A DNA stretch of 64,000 bases. Origin: an uncultured Gammaproteobacteria bacterium (GTDB lineage: Bacteria; Pseudomonadota; Gammaproteobacteria; UBA6002). Location: the NCBI GenBank assembly GCA_963817645.1, contig CAWFQC010000031.1:34299-98298 (forward strand), given 5' to 3'. The notes beneath the pieces are model-generated. The model worked only from the letters and a program-made list of their open reading frames with translations, searched no databases and was not told the DNA's origin. Below are positions 1 through 9,051 of this stretch, one piece after another. Each line of letters opens with the position of its first letter. Position 1 is the first letter of the stretch. Both the position numbers and the translations under genes were made by a program.

Positions 1-1
1 T

Positions 2-1882
2 ATGGGTCGTTACTTGCCAGATGGCAATATTGAATTTCTTGGAAGAGTAGATTTCCAAGTAAAGATAGGAGGATTTAGGGTAGAAATAAATGCAATAGAG
101 AAATATTTATTAGATGTCCCTGAGATAAAACAGGCCGTAGTTGTTGTAACAAAAGACCAGAATCAGCCTAAACTCGCTACTTATTTAAATTTTGATTATT
201 CTCAGTTTCTTAACAATGAAGAAAATACAATTCTTCAAAATAACCAAATTAAATACTGGGAAAAAATATACGATAATCTTTGTAAAAAAGAGAATTCTTG
301 CAACGATGATCCTACATTTAATATAGTGGGCTGGGTAAGTAGTTATACTAACCAGCCTATTCCCAAGATTCAGATGAAAGAATGGCTGGATAATACAATA
401 AAACGTATCGCCTTAATGAATCCTCAGAATATTCTTGAAATTGGTTGTGGCATGGGTCTTCTTTTATTTCGCTTAGCGAAAATATCGCGTCATTATGTTG
501 CATCAGATTTTTCAACAGATATGCTTAGCTATTTAGAATCTCATCTACCTAAATATAATATAAATAATGTTCATTTAATTGAATGCCAAGCAACAGATAT
601 CCATAAAATAAATCAAACGTTTGATACTATCATTCTTAATTCAGTAATACAATATTTTCCAAGCATTGATTATTTACTTGATGTTATCAGTCAATGCATT
701 AAAAAAATAACTGGTAAAGGATATATTTTTATAGGTGATATTCGAAGCCTACACTTGTTAGAAGAATTTCACGCTTCTGTTCTGCTTAGTAAGAAAATAG
801 ATAATCTTTCTTTGAAAGATTGGAAGTACTTATTAATGAAAGCTATCAAAGATGAAGATGAGTTGGTAGTGGATTTCAATTTCTTTCATGCTCTAAGAAG
901 TAAATTTCCTGAAATAACTCAAGTTGAAATTCAACTCAAGGAAGGAAAATATCATAATGAAATGAATACTTATCGCTATGATGTCATTTTATATATAAAT
1001 CATAAAATTAACAATTTTACTGAGGAAATTAGAGAATATGATTGGCGCTCAAAACAAATGTGTTCTCACCTAAAAGCTATTCATTTAGCAATAGCTCAAG
1101 ACTCGCCACCCATATTTCTAATTAGAAATATCCCTAACAAAAGGATAACCTATCCTTTGCATTTTATCAAAAACTTGCCTTATTTTTTAGAAAATCAGAA
1201 TGAATTGCTCAAGGAATATTTATTAGATAAGGATAAAGCAATTGATCCAGAGATCTTTTACCAGATAGCACATGAACATGATTATCATGCTTCAATTACC
1301 TGGTCATCAAGGAATCCATCTGAATGTTTTGATGTCATTTTGGTAAAGAAATTCCTCTTCAATTCCTCAAAAGCTTTTCTTTCTTTGTTACAGGGATCAA
1401 TGGATAACAGCAAAATATCCTGGGACTCTTATGCGAATAATCCGTTGCTGCCATTAATTAATAGAAAACTTATTTCTAAAACTAAAAAGTTTTTACAGGC
1501 TTATCTGCCACATTATATGATTCCAAGCTATTTCATTCCTATTGAGGAGATTCCTATTACGCCTAATGGAAAAATAGATAGAAATGGATTGCCTAAAATA
1601 ATTATTCCAACATTGGAGAGGGAATATATTGAGCCTTATACAAATACCCAGAAAAAAATACTAGAAATTTGGAGAAAAATGCTGGGAATAAAAAATATTA
1701 GCATTAAACATAATTTGTTTGATTTGGGTGGCACTTCTTTGCTTTCTATCCAACTTTTGATTGATCTTCATGATGTTTTTGGAGTTGATTTATCCTTACA
1801 AGATTTAACTATAGATTTGCTCACGGTAGAAAAGTTAAGTGCTTTAATTGATAAAAGAGTCTATTCTAGTAGTCGTCAATAA
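2..1882 (+). CDS. NRPS module fragment, 5'-truncated by the window edge. It comprises the adenylation-domain C-terminal half interrupted by an N-methyltransferase-type domain, followed by a PCP (thiolation) domain.
   Basis: A8-like GRVDFQVKIGGFRVE at the N-terminus. SAM-MTase motifs ILEIGCGMGLLL and NSVIQYFPS. A9/A10-like LPHYMIPSYF and PNGKIDRNGLP lie after the insert. PCP motif LFDLGGTSLLSIQL. Confidence 0.85.
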   Translation: MGRYLPDGNIEFLGRVDFQVKIGGFRVEINAIEKYLLDVPEIKQAVVVVTKDQNQPKLATYLNFDYSQFLNNEENTILQNNQIKYWEKIYDNLCKKENSCNDDPTFNIVGWVSSYTNQPIPKIQMKEWLDNTIKRIALMNPQNILEIGCGMGLLLFRLAKISRHYVASDFSTDMLSYLESHLPKYNINNVHLIECQATDIHKINQTFDTIILNSVIQYFPSIDYLLDVISQCIKKITGKGYIFIGDIRSLHLLEEFHASVLLSKKIDNLSLKDWKYLLMKAIKDEDELVVDFNFFHALRSKFPEITQVEIQLKEGKYHNEMNTYRYDVILYINHKINNFTEEIREYDWRSKQMCSHLKAIHLAIAQDSPPIFLIRNIPNKRITYPLHFIKNLPYFLENQNELLKEYLLDKDKAIDPEIFYQIAHEHDYHASITWSSRNPSECFDVILVKKFLFNSSKAFLSLLQGSMDNSKISWDSYANNPLLPLINRKLISKTKKFLQAYLPHYMIPSYFIPIEEIPITPNGKIDRNGLPKIIIPTLEREYIEPYTNTQKKILEIWRKMLGIKNISIKHNLFDLGGTSLLSIQLLIDLHDVFGVDLSLQDLTIDLLTVEKLSALIDKRVYSSSRQ

Positions 1883-3939
1883 TTTTTATTTTTAATAACT
1901 TCTTGAACTGAATTGATTTCGTCAAGCATTTGATTATATAAATCGATAAAAACTTCATGAGTTTGCAACCTAATAGCATTATCCATACGTGAGCATGCTT
2001 GTTTTAAGCGCATTGCTCCACAATAACCCGAATCTCCTCTTAATTTATGTGCAATTATTTGGATAGCGTTCCAATCTTGCTTTTCATATGCATTGCGAAG
2101 ATTAGTAGACTCTCCTGAAAGCGATGATGAAAACATTTCAAGTATTTTGTTTATCAACTCGGTTTTATCATCTATCAATTCCAAAGCAAGATTAAAATCA
2201 ATAATTCTACCCTCTAATTTAAATAAACTTTCCTTATTTTCAGTAGATATTTTTCCATCAGCTTTCTGCCCTCTGCTAGGAACAAAGGCTTTTAATATGT
2301 CTACTGCCTTCTCTTTAGCAAGTGGTTTCGAAAGCACTGCATTCATACCAACTTCTAAACAGCGTTGTCTACTTTCATCATCTACATGCGCAGTAAGAGC
2401 AATAATTGGGATATGAAGGCCCTTATTTAACTCGAATAATCTAATTCGCCTAGTGGTTTCATAACCATCTATTTCAGGTAAACCTATGTCCATGAAAATG
2501 AGGTCATAATTGTTATCTTGTGCTAACTGAATAGCTTTCTTCCCATCAGTGGCAACATCAACCTCGCATTCCAAACTAAGAAACATTGCTTTTACAACCA
2601 TAGCAGCCATAGCTTGATCTTCAACAAGAAGAATTCTACTCTTTATACTTGTTTTTTCCTCAAACTTATTATCTTCAGGCGACTTTACTCCAGCTTCTGT
2701 TTGTCCTCTTTTATTAAAGGCAAGAGGCGCCTCATCAGTTCCAAAATTTTCTTCAAGTAGAGGTTTCTTAAAAGGCATTATAAGAGTAAATTTAGTCCCA
2801 ATCCCCACTTGACTATCTACATAGATCTCACCTCCTATATCATTTATAAATCGCTTGACGATAGCCAATCCAAGTCCAGCTCCTTTATAAATACCTTCAT
2901 AGGAAGGTGTCAATCGCATGAATTGCAAGAATATCTCATTTTGTTTTTCAGGGGCAATTCCAATACCGGTATCCTCAATTATTATTTTTATAACAATACT
3001 TTTTTTACTCTCTTTAGCTAGCTTTGAAGTTAAGCTTACTGTCCCTTTATTCGTAAAATTAAGTGCGTTCGTAATTAGCTCTAAAACAATTCGATGAACT
3101 CTAGTGTAATCGCCGATTACATAAGTAGGGATTTTTTTATCGTAGTTGAATGCTAAATCGATATTTTTTTGTTTTGCTTTGGCTTTATTCAGATTTATCA
3201 CATCAAGCAGTCTATTTTTTAAATCAAATTTTTTCTTTAATAAGGGAATTTCACCAGAATTAACTTTTATGATTTCTAATATCTCATTCAATAGGTCTAA
3301 AAGCGCATGGCTCGATGCTGTAAGGTTATTTGCATATTCTTTTATTTTAGGATTATTAACCTCCTCGCTAATAATATGAGCAAATCCAGTAATACCTGTA
3401 AGTGGGGTGCGTATATCATGTCTCATGTTTTCAAGGAACTCGGTTTTTGCTTTATTTGCAGCTTCAGCCCTGTCTTTTGCTTCATTAAGGGCTATTTCCA
3501 GCTTTTTACGGTCCGTTATATCAACCGATATTCCCACTACTCCAACAATTGTACCTTCTTCATTCAGCAGAGGAGCTTTGCGAGTCAACATGATAATTTG
3601 TTGACCATTAGCAAGTGTAGGTGTTTCTTCCAACTCGATTGTATGACCTGCCTTCATTACCTCTATATCTAAATTTCTTATTTGCTGAGCATGCCCTTTC
3701 CAAGGGAGGTCAAAATCTGTTTTCCCTATTACCTCACGACTTCCAGCCATCTGGAAAACAAATTCATTGCATCCAAGATAAATGCCATCTTTGTCCTTCC
3801 AATAAATGCTTCCTGGCAATTTATCCATGATGCTTTTGAGATAAAAGACCTCACGTTTAAGCTTGCCAACAGTTTCATGCTGGCCTAAATAGGTAGTAAG
3901 ATGTAAATCAGTGCCTTGGTTTGGGGCGTGTTGGTTCAT
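1876..3939 (-). CDS. Hybrid sensor histidine kinase/response regulator (PAS - HisKA - HATPase - REC - HPt)
   Basis: H-box FLENMRHDIRTPLTGI. ATPase G-boxes DTGIGI and GAGLGLAIVKRF. Receiver LLVEDQ...FMDIGLPEIDG...SKP. C-terminal HPt HKLRGDSGYCG. Confidence 0.9.
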   Translation of the reverse strand: MNQHAPNQGTDLHLTTYLGQHETVGKLKREVFYLKSIMDKLPGSIYWKDKDGIYLGCNEFVFQMAGSREVIGKTDFDLPWKGHAQQIRNLDIEVMKAGHTIELEETPTLANGQQIIMLTRKAPLLNEEGTIVGVVGISVDITDRKKLEIALNEAKDRAEAANKAKTEFLENMRHDIRTPLTGITGFAHIISEEVNNPKIKEYANNLTASSHALLDLLNEILEIIKVNSGEIPLLKKKFDLKNRLLDVINLNKAKAKQKNIDLAFNYDKKIPTYVIGDYTRVHRIVLELITNALNFTNKGTVSLTSKLAKESKKSIVIKIIIEDTGIGIAPEKQNEIFLQFMRLTPSYEGIYKGAGLGLAIVKRFINDIGGEIYVDSQVGIGTKFTLIMPFKKPLLEENFGTDEAPLAFNKRGQTEAGVKSPEDNKFEEKTSIKSRILLVEDQAMAAMVVKAMFLSLECEVDVATDGKKAIQLAQDNNYDLIFMDIGLPEIDGYETTRRIRLFELNKGLHIPIIALTAHVDDESRQRCLEVGMNAVLSKPLAKEKAVDILKAFVPSRGQKADGKISTENKESLFKLEGRIIDFNLALELIDDKTELINKILEMFSSSLSGESTNLRNAYEKQDWNAIQIIAHKLRGDSGYCGAMRLKQACSRMDNAIRLQTHEVFIDLYNQMLDEINSVQEVIKNKNY

Positions 3940-4165
3940 AACTTTCCTGTTTTCTCAGTACAAAGTAAAAAAGTATTATGTTAACATAAATATAAGTATG
4001 TTTTTTTATAATAATCTATAAGGAATTACAAATATTAATTTGCTTTACCTTTGACACTAAACGACTAACTGAATCCGTTATAATTTTAAAAATGCCTCCT
4101 TATCGTTTAAAAATAAAAACGTTAGGAATGAATCTATTGTAAAATAGCCTAACTTAGATAGAGCA

Positions 4166-4894
4166 TTAGTCCATCAAAGCAACTGATAACTGTGTATTAA
4201 ATAGTCTCTCTGGGATTATACTTAAATAGCCAAAGCTTATGGCTTTATCTATAAGGTCATATTTGTTTTGAGCCTTAAATTTATTTTTGAGTTGATCAAG
4301 ATATTCATCAACTGTTCTTGGCGAAATGCCAAATAATACTGCGATTTGTTTTACCGTCTTACCTCTAAGTAGATAGAATAAAACTTCAGATTGTCGCTTA
4401 CTCAATTTAACATTTCCAAACTTCTCGCTTAGCATGTAGCTACTCTGTCCGAGCAAATTATTTTTTACTCCTTCCTCTTTAATCTGAGACAATAAGGAGC
4501 CAAGTTGGATACTGTTAGAATCTGTAATGTCAGCTCCATAAAAAATTGTTCCAACAATATTTTTATTATCATCAAGCAAAGGAGTTTTGGTAAAAATATA
4601 AGCCTTCCATTCATAACCTGAGAAAGGGTGGATATCTAAGATCCTCATTTTTTGAGCAGTTTGTATTACCTTTTTGTCTTGCTCTCTAAATATAGATGCA
4701 AATTTAATAGTTTCACAAGGCATATCAAAGTCGGTTAATCCAATTGCATCTTTATGGTCAGAAAGTCCGATAATTCGACCATACTCTTCATTCACATACA
4801 TAAAGACTGAATTTTCATCTTTACAACCCCAGGCACCAGGCATCTGGTCAAATATTAGCTTTAATTTGGGATCAACATCATGTTTTTTAGACAT
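4166..4894 (-). CDS. LuxR-family transcriptional regulator with an N-terminal PAS-like sensor domain
   Basis: C-terminal LuxR HTH: LSKRQSEVLFYLLRGKTVKQIAVLFGISPRTVDEYLDQLKNKF. The N-terminal ~130 aa resemble the PAS region of the neighbouring kinase. Confidence 0.8.
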   Translation of the reverse strand: MSKKHDVDPKLKLIFDQMPGAWGCKDENSVFMYVNEEYGRIIGLSDHKDAIGLTDFDMPCETIKFASIFREQDKKVIQTAQKMRILDIHPFSGYEWKAYIFTKTPLLDDNKNIVGTIFYGADITDSNSIQLGSLLSQIKEEGVKNNLLGQSSYMLSEKFGNVKLSKRQSEVLFYLLRGKTVKQIAVLFGISPRTVDEYLDQLKNKFKAQNKYDLIDKAISFGYLSIIPERLFNTQLSVALMD

Positions 4895-4897
4895 AAA

Positions 4898-5320
4898 TTA
4901 ACTCCCATATGTAATAAGATCCTTTGTAAGGATTCTATCGGAAGATAAATGAGAAGCAGGACATCCGAAGACTAAAATTAATAGTTCTTTACTAGTATTC
5001 TCTAATTGATGAATGATTCCAGGATTAACATTAAAAAAATCGCCTGCCTTGACAGGGTTTGAGAGAATATTAACAGGTTCACCATTAGGATTGGGTAATG
5101 CTGTATGCAGAACGCCATAACCGGAAAGAATGCTATAAATTTCAATTCCTTCTTGGTGGTAGTGTGCCCCAACCTTCCTATTAGGCAGTATTTCAGTAAC
5201 ATGCATCCCAAAATAAATATTCTCTGTGAGTGTTGCAATTCGGATCCCAACAGCGCAATCCTCTTTAGCAAGATTAAGCGCTTGTTCCCAATTGGTTATC
5301 TTAACAAAATAATTTTCCAT
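4898..5320 (-). CDS. Cupin-domain protein
   Basis: 140 aa with cupin-like G-x-H-x-H-x-E (GAHYHQEGIE) and a second motif (GIIHQLEN). It ends 4 nt before the LuxR start, so the two are probably co-transcribed. Confidence 0.6.
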   Translation of the reverse strand: MENYFVKITNWEQALNLAKEDCAVGIRIATLTENIYFGMHVTEILPNRKVGAHYHQEGIEIYSILSGYGVLHTALPNPNGEPVNILSNPVKAGDFFNVNPGIIHQLENTSKELLILVFGCPASHLSSDRILTKDLITYGS

Positions 5321-5706
5321 AGATTACCTCTAAGAAACTATATGCCAAAAAGTTTAATTTTAAATCCGTAATAAACACGGATGTTAGAATAATTCATATA
5401 ATAAATATTATTTTAAAATAACTAAAAAAAGTAAATTTTAAATAATTATCTACTATATCCTTTGCACGCAGCATTTTCAACAATTCTGCTTATTTATTCA
5501 GCAGTGTTCTTTATAAGTGCTCTCAACCACTGATGGCCTGGATCATTATGATCCCGTGCATGCCAGTACATCTTGGCATGGTACTTGCGCAACTTGTAAC
5601 CAATCAAGGTTTTAAGTCGTTGATTTGTAGCAAGAATGTGTATAATGAATTTTTATATTATTTATTGCAACAAATAAAACCTCAAATTGTTGAAATATCA
5701 ATTTGA

Positions 5707-5957
5707 TCGACTTTTCTTGAAATCTCGAAAAAAGATATTTCATTACTCGATATTCCAATACCTTCTCTTTTGGAACAACAGGCCATCGCAAAAATTCTTA
5801 GCGACATAGATGCAGAAATCGAGCGTTTGGAGCAACAACGGGATAAAGCAAAGCTAATCAAACAAGGCATGATGCAAGAACTCTTAACGGGCGAGACGAG
5901 TTGATATGAGCAAAGTCGGTGAAATAGAAAAAAGAACTCAAAGCCGAATTATCCAGC
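5707..5957 (+). pseudogene. Relic of a type I RM junction: the 3' end of an hsdS (a different TRD tail plus the conserved C-terminal helix) and the first ~17 codons of hsdR
   Basis: 5773-5957 aligns by eye with 11845-12030 at roughly 93% identity, with a 1-nt deletion before the stop/ATG overlap. It translates ...IPIPSLLEQQAIAKILSDIDAEIERLEQQRDKAKLIKQGMMQELLTG, then MSKVGEIEKRTQSRIIQ. Confidence 0.8.
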
Positions 5958-6111
5958 AATAATTCCGAGAATATTCTTAAGATGGGTTGTCGTAATGGCA
6001 ATCTCAGTTCCTACCTTTCAAGGAAATATCCTCAATAAAAGTTTATTGTAAAGTATTACTTGTAAATGAATCAGTGAAAATTTTCGAATTTAAAATATTT
6101 CCACTAGAGAG

Positions 6112-6576
6112 TCAACAAGGTATCGGAACAACGCAAATTTTTATATGACTAGTTTGCTTATTGGTGGGATGTATTTTCTTTAAATTCAAATAGTTTTTAT
6201 AAAATTTCTCTTCCTTCTTAATTGAGTCATCAATTTTCTCGAGAATATAAAGTCTTAATATTTTTTCAATATTTATATCCATATTAGTTACTTTATCACC
6301 TGCCTTTTCCCACTTACTTATAGCTGTGTGAGATTCATTTATAACGGTTGCAAATTCCCTTAGCGACATAGAAAAGTAAGAGCGGATAAACTTTACTTGA
6401 TTTCCTGTAAATCTTTCCTCTTGAGAAGCAAGTTCTTTTATGGTCAAGCTGGCAATTTTTCGTACATCAATTTTAGGATGCCATTCACCACGAAGCATTA
6501 CCATTTTAACGCGACGAAGTTCTACAGGAAAGCCAAAGCCTGTATAGATATATTTATCGATAATCTTACTTTTCAT
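6112..6576 (-). CDS. HTH (XRE-type) antitoxin, YgiT/MqsA-like architecture but without cysteines
   Basis: The start is chosen at MKSKIIDKY (ATG 6576), 1 nt after the upstream toxin stop and with GAGGG upstream. HTH: FTGNQVKFIRSYFSMSLREFATVINESHTAISKWEK. Confidence 0.7.
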   Translation of the reverse strand: MKSKIIDKYIYTGFGFPVELRRVKMVMLRGEWHPKIDVRKIASLTIKELASQEERFTGNQVKFIRSYFSMSLREFATVINESHTAISKWEKAGDKVTNMDINIEKILRLYILEKIDDSIKKEEKFYKNYLNLKKIHPTNKQTSHIKICVVPIPC

Positions 6577-6577
6577 G

Positions 6578-6928
6578 CTAGTACCCTCTTTCATCAAACC
6601 GAATAACTGTAATAATAAGCAGCAAATTACCTTCAAATGAAATGATTACTCTGATTTTCACACCATCAAGATTGATGCCTTCAATACAATAATTCCAATC
6701 TTGGCAACTCCCTTCATATTTATCTTTTCTCTTATTCCTTGTTCTTTCATTATCGTTTTTTCCTTCTAAGATATCAAGAACATCTAAGTCACTAATATTA
6801 CGATCTTTTAACCGTTTCTTGGCATGGCTAAGAAATATGTAATTGTCCGAGGTAATCTTACTAGTTATCAAGTCATATAATTCTCGATCAGTTTTTTTAT
6901 CAGGTTTTGTCTGCTGATTTTTTTTCAT
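6578..6928 (-). CDS. DUF4258-like toxin
   Basis: YIFLSHAKKRLKDRNISDLDVLDILEGK matches my recollection of DUF4258 N-terminal signatures. It is translationally coupled to the downstream HTH gene. The start is chosen at MKKNQQ (ATG 6928). Confidence 0.6.
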   Translation of the reverse strand: MKKNQQTKPDKKTDRELYDLITSKITSDNYIFLSHAKKRLKDRNISDLDVLDILEGKNDNERTRNKRKDKYEGSCQDWNYCIEGINLDGVKIRVIISFEGNLLLIITVIRFDERGY

Positions 6929-6993
6929 TTCTATTTCTTTATAATAATAGCTAATAAATTGATTATTGTAAACTAAGTTTACAATAATCGAGT

Positions 6994-7248
6994 TCAATCT
7001 TCAATTATAATTTCTATACCAACTGTCTCATAAATCCATTCGCCAATGTTTTTAAAATGGTCTACTAAAAAGCTCTCATTAATGTGATTTGCGTCAGTTA
7101 ATGTGTAGTCAAGATCTTCTGAAAAGCGATATGTTTCGAAGTAGCATTTTTTTAAGCAAGTTCCGTCTTTAAAAATTCATTTATCAAACAATTTAGTATC
7201 ACTGGCAATGCCTGCTAATAGCCATCCAAGAACATGGTCTTTCTCTAG
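6994..7248 (-). pseudogene. Fragment of an AbiEii/DUF1814-type nucleotidyltransferase toxin gene, with an in-frame TGA and truncated at both ends
   Basis: The minus-strand translation is EKDHVLGWLLAGIASDTKLFDK*IFKDGTCLKKCYFETYRFSEDLDYTLTD. The FKGGTxL...RFSEDLDF signature is typical of AbiEii. Confidence 0.55.
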
Positions 7249-7249
7249 G

Positions 7250-7616
7250 AGGTTATATCAAAGGTATTATATCTTTACCCGCTAATCTTTTTTATGGCAC
7301 AGGTATTCCGGCCTGTATTATTGTGATTGATAAAGAAGATGCTGCAAATCATAAAAGCATTTTCATGATCGATGCTAGCAAAGGGTTCATTAAAGATGGC
7401 AATAAAAATCGTTTGTGTGATCAAGATATTCACAGAATCGTTGATGTATTCACTAGACAAATTGACATACCCAAATATGCTCGCATGGTGAGTCAGGAAG
7501 AAATCCAGAAAAAGGATTATAACCTTAACATTCCACGTTATATTGACAGTAGTGAAGAGGAGGATATCCAAGATATTGAAGCACATTTATTAGGAGGGAT
7601 TCCTAACCGCGATATC
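7250..7616 (+). pseudogene. Internal hsdM fragment, a duplicate of 10074-10440
   Basis: 367 bp that is co-linear with the intact gene, with 4 substitutions counted by eye. It has no start codon and diverges abruptly at both ends. Confidence 0.9.
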
Positions 7617-7943
7617 CCCCTGTGTCAGGATACTTGTCAGATCTGTAAAAAATTTTGGAGTCCTGATGATTACAAAGAATATTATCAAAATTCGTTGCCA
7701 AAATTTTAGGTGAGGTGATGAAAAATAGGGTTTATTTCATGGAGAATGAAATCTACTAATTTAGGGTATTTTTGGACACCCTAAAGGTAATCCATTAATG
7801 TTTTTCTTAAAGATTTATCCAGAAAATTACAACTATTAAAATATAATGTTTGGCAGGTCTTAGGCTATTTTATCTTTTGGCGCTATGATATCGTTCAAGC
7901 TGATAAAGAGATGTGTGCCTATAATTGTTGTTAGGTTATACCT

Positions 7944-7971
7944 TGCAAATTTATATCCTATTGGATATAAT
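7944..7971 (+). promoter_or_regulatory. Sigma70-like promoter (TTGCAA - 16 nt - TATAAT) overlapping an 8-bp-arm palindrome (TTATATCC-TATT-GGATATAA). Probable autoregulatory operator of the downstream TA pair.
   Basis: The hexamers and the palindrome are read directly from the sequence. The -10 ends 5 nt before the ATG at 7977. Confidence 0.35.
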
Positions 7972-7976
7972 TACCC

Positions 7977-8324
7977 ATGAGAATACTTTTTTACAGAACA
8001 ACAAAAGTTCCAGTGCAGGAGTTTATAAAAGAACTTGAGATTAAAGACCGAGCTAAAGTTTTGGCTTGTTTAAAAAGTATTGAGGATTTGGGATTTGACA
8101 GCCAACGGGTACAATTTAGACAAATCAAAGGAAAATTATGGGAAGTAAAAATTAAGGCTGTAAGTTCAGGGTTTCGCATTTTTTACGTTACAGTGCGGCA
8201 TGATAGTTTGGTGCTATTACATGCTTATAAGAAAAAATCTCAAAAAGCACCCACTAGGGAGATTGCTATTGCAGAAAAACGAATGCTGGAGGTTATCAGT
8301 CATGAAAGCGATTACATTAACTGA
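7977..8324 (+). CDS. RelE/ParE-superfamily toxin (phage Gp49-like / HigB-like)
   Basis: 115 aa. KGKLWEVKIK...FRIFYV...LLHAYKKKSQKAPTREIAIAEKRM is a typical Gp49/HigB-like signature. It overlaps the downstream HTH gene. Confidence 0.75.
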   Translation: MRILFYRTTKVPVQEFIKELEIKDRAKVLACLKSIEDLGFDSQRVQFRQIKGKLWEVKIKAVSSGFRIFYVTVRHDSLVLLHAYKKKSQKAPTREIAIAEKRMLEVISHESDYIN

Positions 8325-8598
8325 TGTTATTAATGAAGAAAGCAAAGATCTGGAATTCTCACGGAACTTCCAGCGTGAGATGCTAATTAATCAAATTGCT
8401 AAAATGGTTATACAAGCGCGACGAAAAGCAAAATTAACCCAAAAAGAATTAGCTGATAAAGCAGGGACTACACAACCTGTCATAGCCCGCTTGGAAAGCG
8501 GCTCGGATGAGCGTATTCCTTCTTTAGAGCTACTAGCAAGACTTGCATCTGCCACAAACGCAAAATTAAAGATTACTCTGAATTCCGATAAAAAATGA
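8302..8598 (+). CDS. XRE-family HTH antitoxin (HigA-like)
   Basis: The start is chosen at MKAITLTD (ATG 8302), which overlaps the toxin end. HTH: RRKAKLTQKELADKAGTTQPVIARLESG. Confidence 0.75.
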   Translation: MKAITLTDVINEESKDLEFSRNFQREMLINQIAKMVIQARRKAKLTQKELADKAGTTQPVIARLESGSDERIPSLELLARLASATNAKLKITLNSDKK

Positions 8599-8841
8599 TC
8601 TGAGAGTGCGAAGTTCTCTGTAAGTCAATGAAAACGCCCATTTATAATCACACACTGAAAATTCCAGGAAATAATGTGAATTATGAAGTGCTTCGAAAGA
8701 TTAAACCGAAAAAAGAAGTTGCCAGATTGGACCTCAATGTATCTATCAAAGCCTTGTATGTCCTTTTATTGTATATTGACTGTTAGACAAATTTGCCCTA
8801 TTTTACCCTTTATTCACAAAATTAACACCGCTGGTGTTGTA

Positions 8842-9027
8842 ATGACAGACGAAATAATGACCATAAAAGACATAGCTGCTTATCTTAAGGTGGCTGAAAA
8901 AACTATTTATAGGCTTGTAACTGGTAATAAATTACCATCTTTCAAAGTGGGTGGTGTATGGCGATTTCGCAAGGCTGAGATTGATCAATGGATTAGTGTT
9001 CAGCAGGATTGTAGGAAGGATCCGTAA
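8842..9027 (+). CDS. Excisionase/MerR-type helix-turn-helix DNA-binding protein
   Basis: MTIKDIAAYLKVAEKTIYRLVTGNKLPSFKVGGVWRFRKAEIDQWI. The start is chosen at ATG 8842. It lies directly upstream of hsdM. Confidence 0.65.
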   Translation: MTDEIMTIKDIAAYLKVAEKTIYRLVTGNKLPSFKVGGVWRFRKAEIDQWISVQQDCRKDP

Positions 9028-9051
9028 AAATATTATTAAAAGGGTTTAGCA

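Noticed and set aside
2093-3888. Seven short plus-strand ORFs (2093-2416, 2809-3021, 3146-3379, 3307-3672, 3407-3604, 3621-3830, 3682-3888) antisense to the sensor kinase.
   Set aside because: All are nested inside a 687-aa ORF with a complete, ordered set of kinase/receiver/HPt motifs. They are low-complexity antisense artefacts of AT-rich DNA.
5500-5640. Minus-strand reading ...LKTLIGYKLRKYHAKMYWHARDHNDPGHQWLRALIKNTAE*, which might be the C-terminal stub of a LysR-type regulator.
   Set aside because: There is only ~48 residues and no diagnostic motif. I mention it as context for gene decay but do not annotate it.
7275-7586. Two nearly identical 103-aa minus-strand ORFs (7275-7586 and 10099-10410).
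   Set aside because: Their conservation is a by-product of the duplicated hsdM segment. They are antisense to the hsdM frame, which carries clear methyltransferase sequence.
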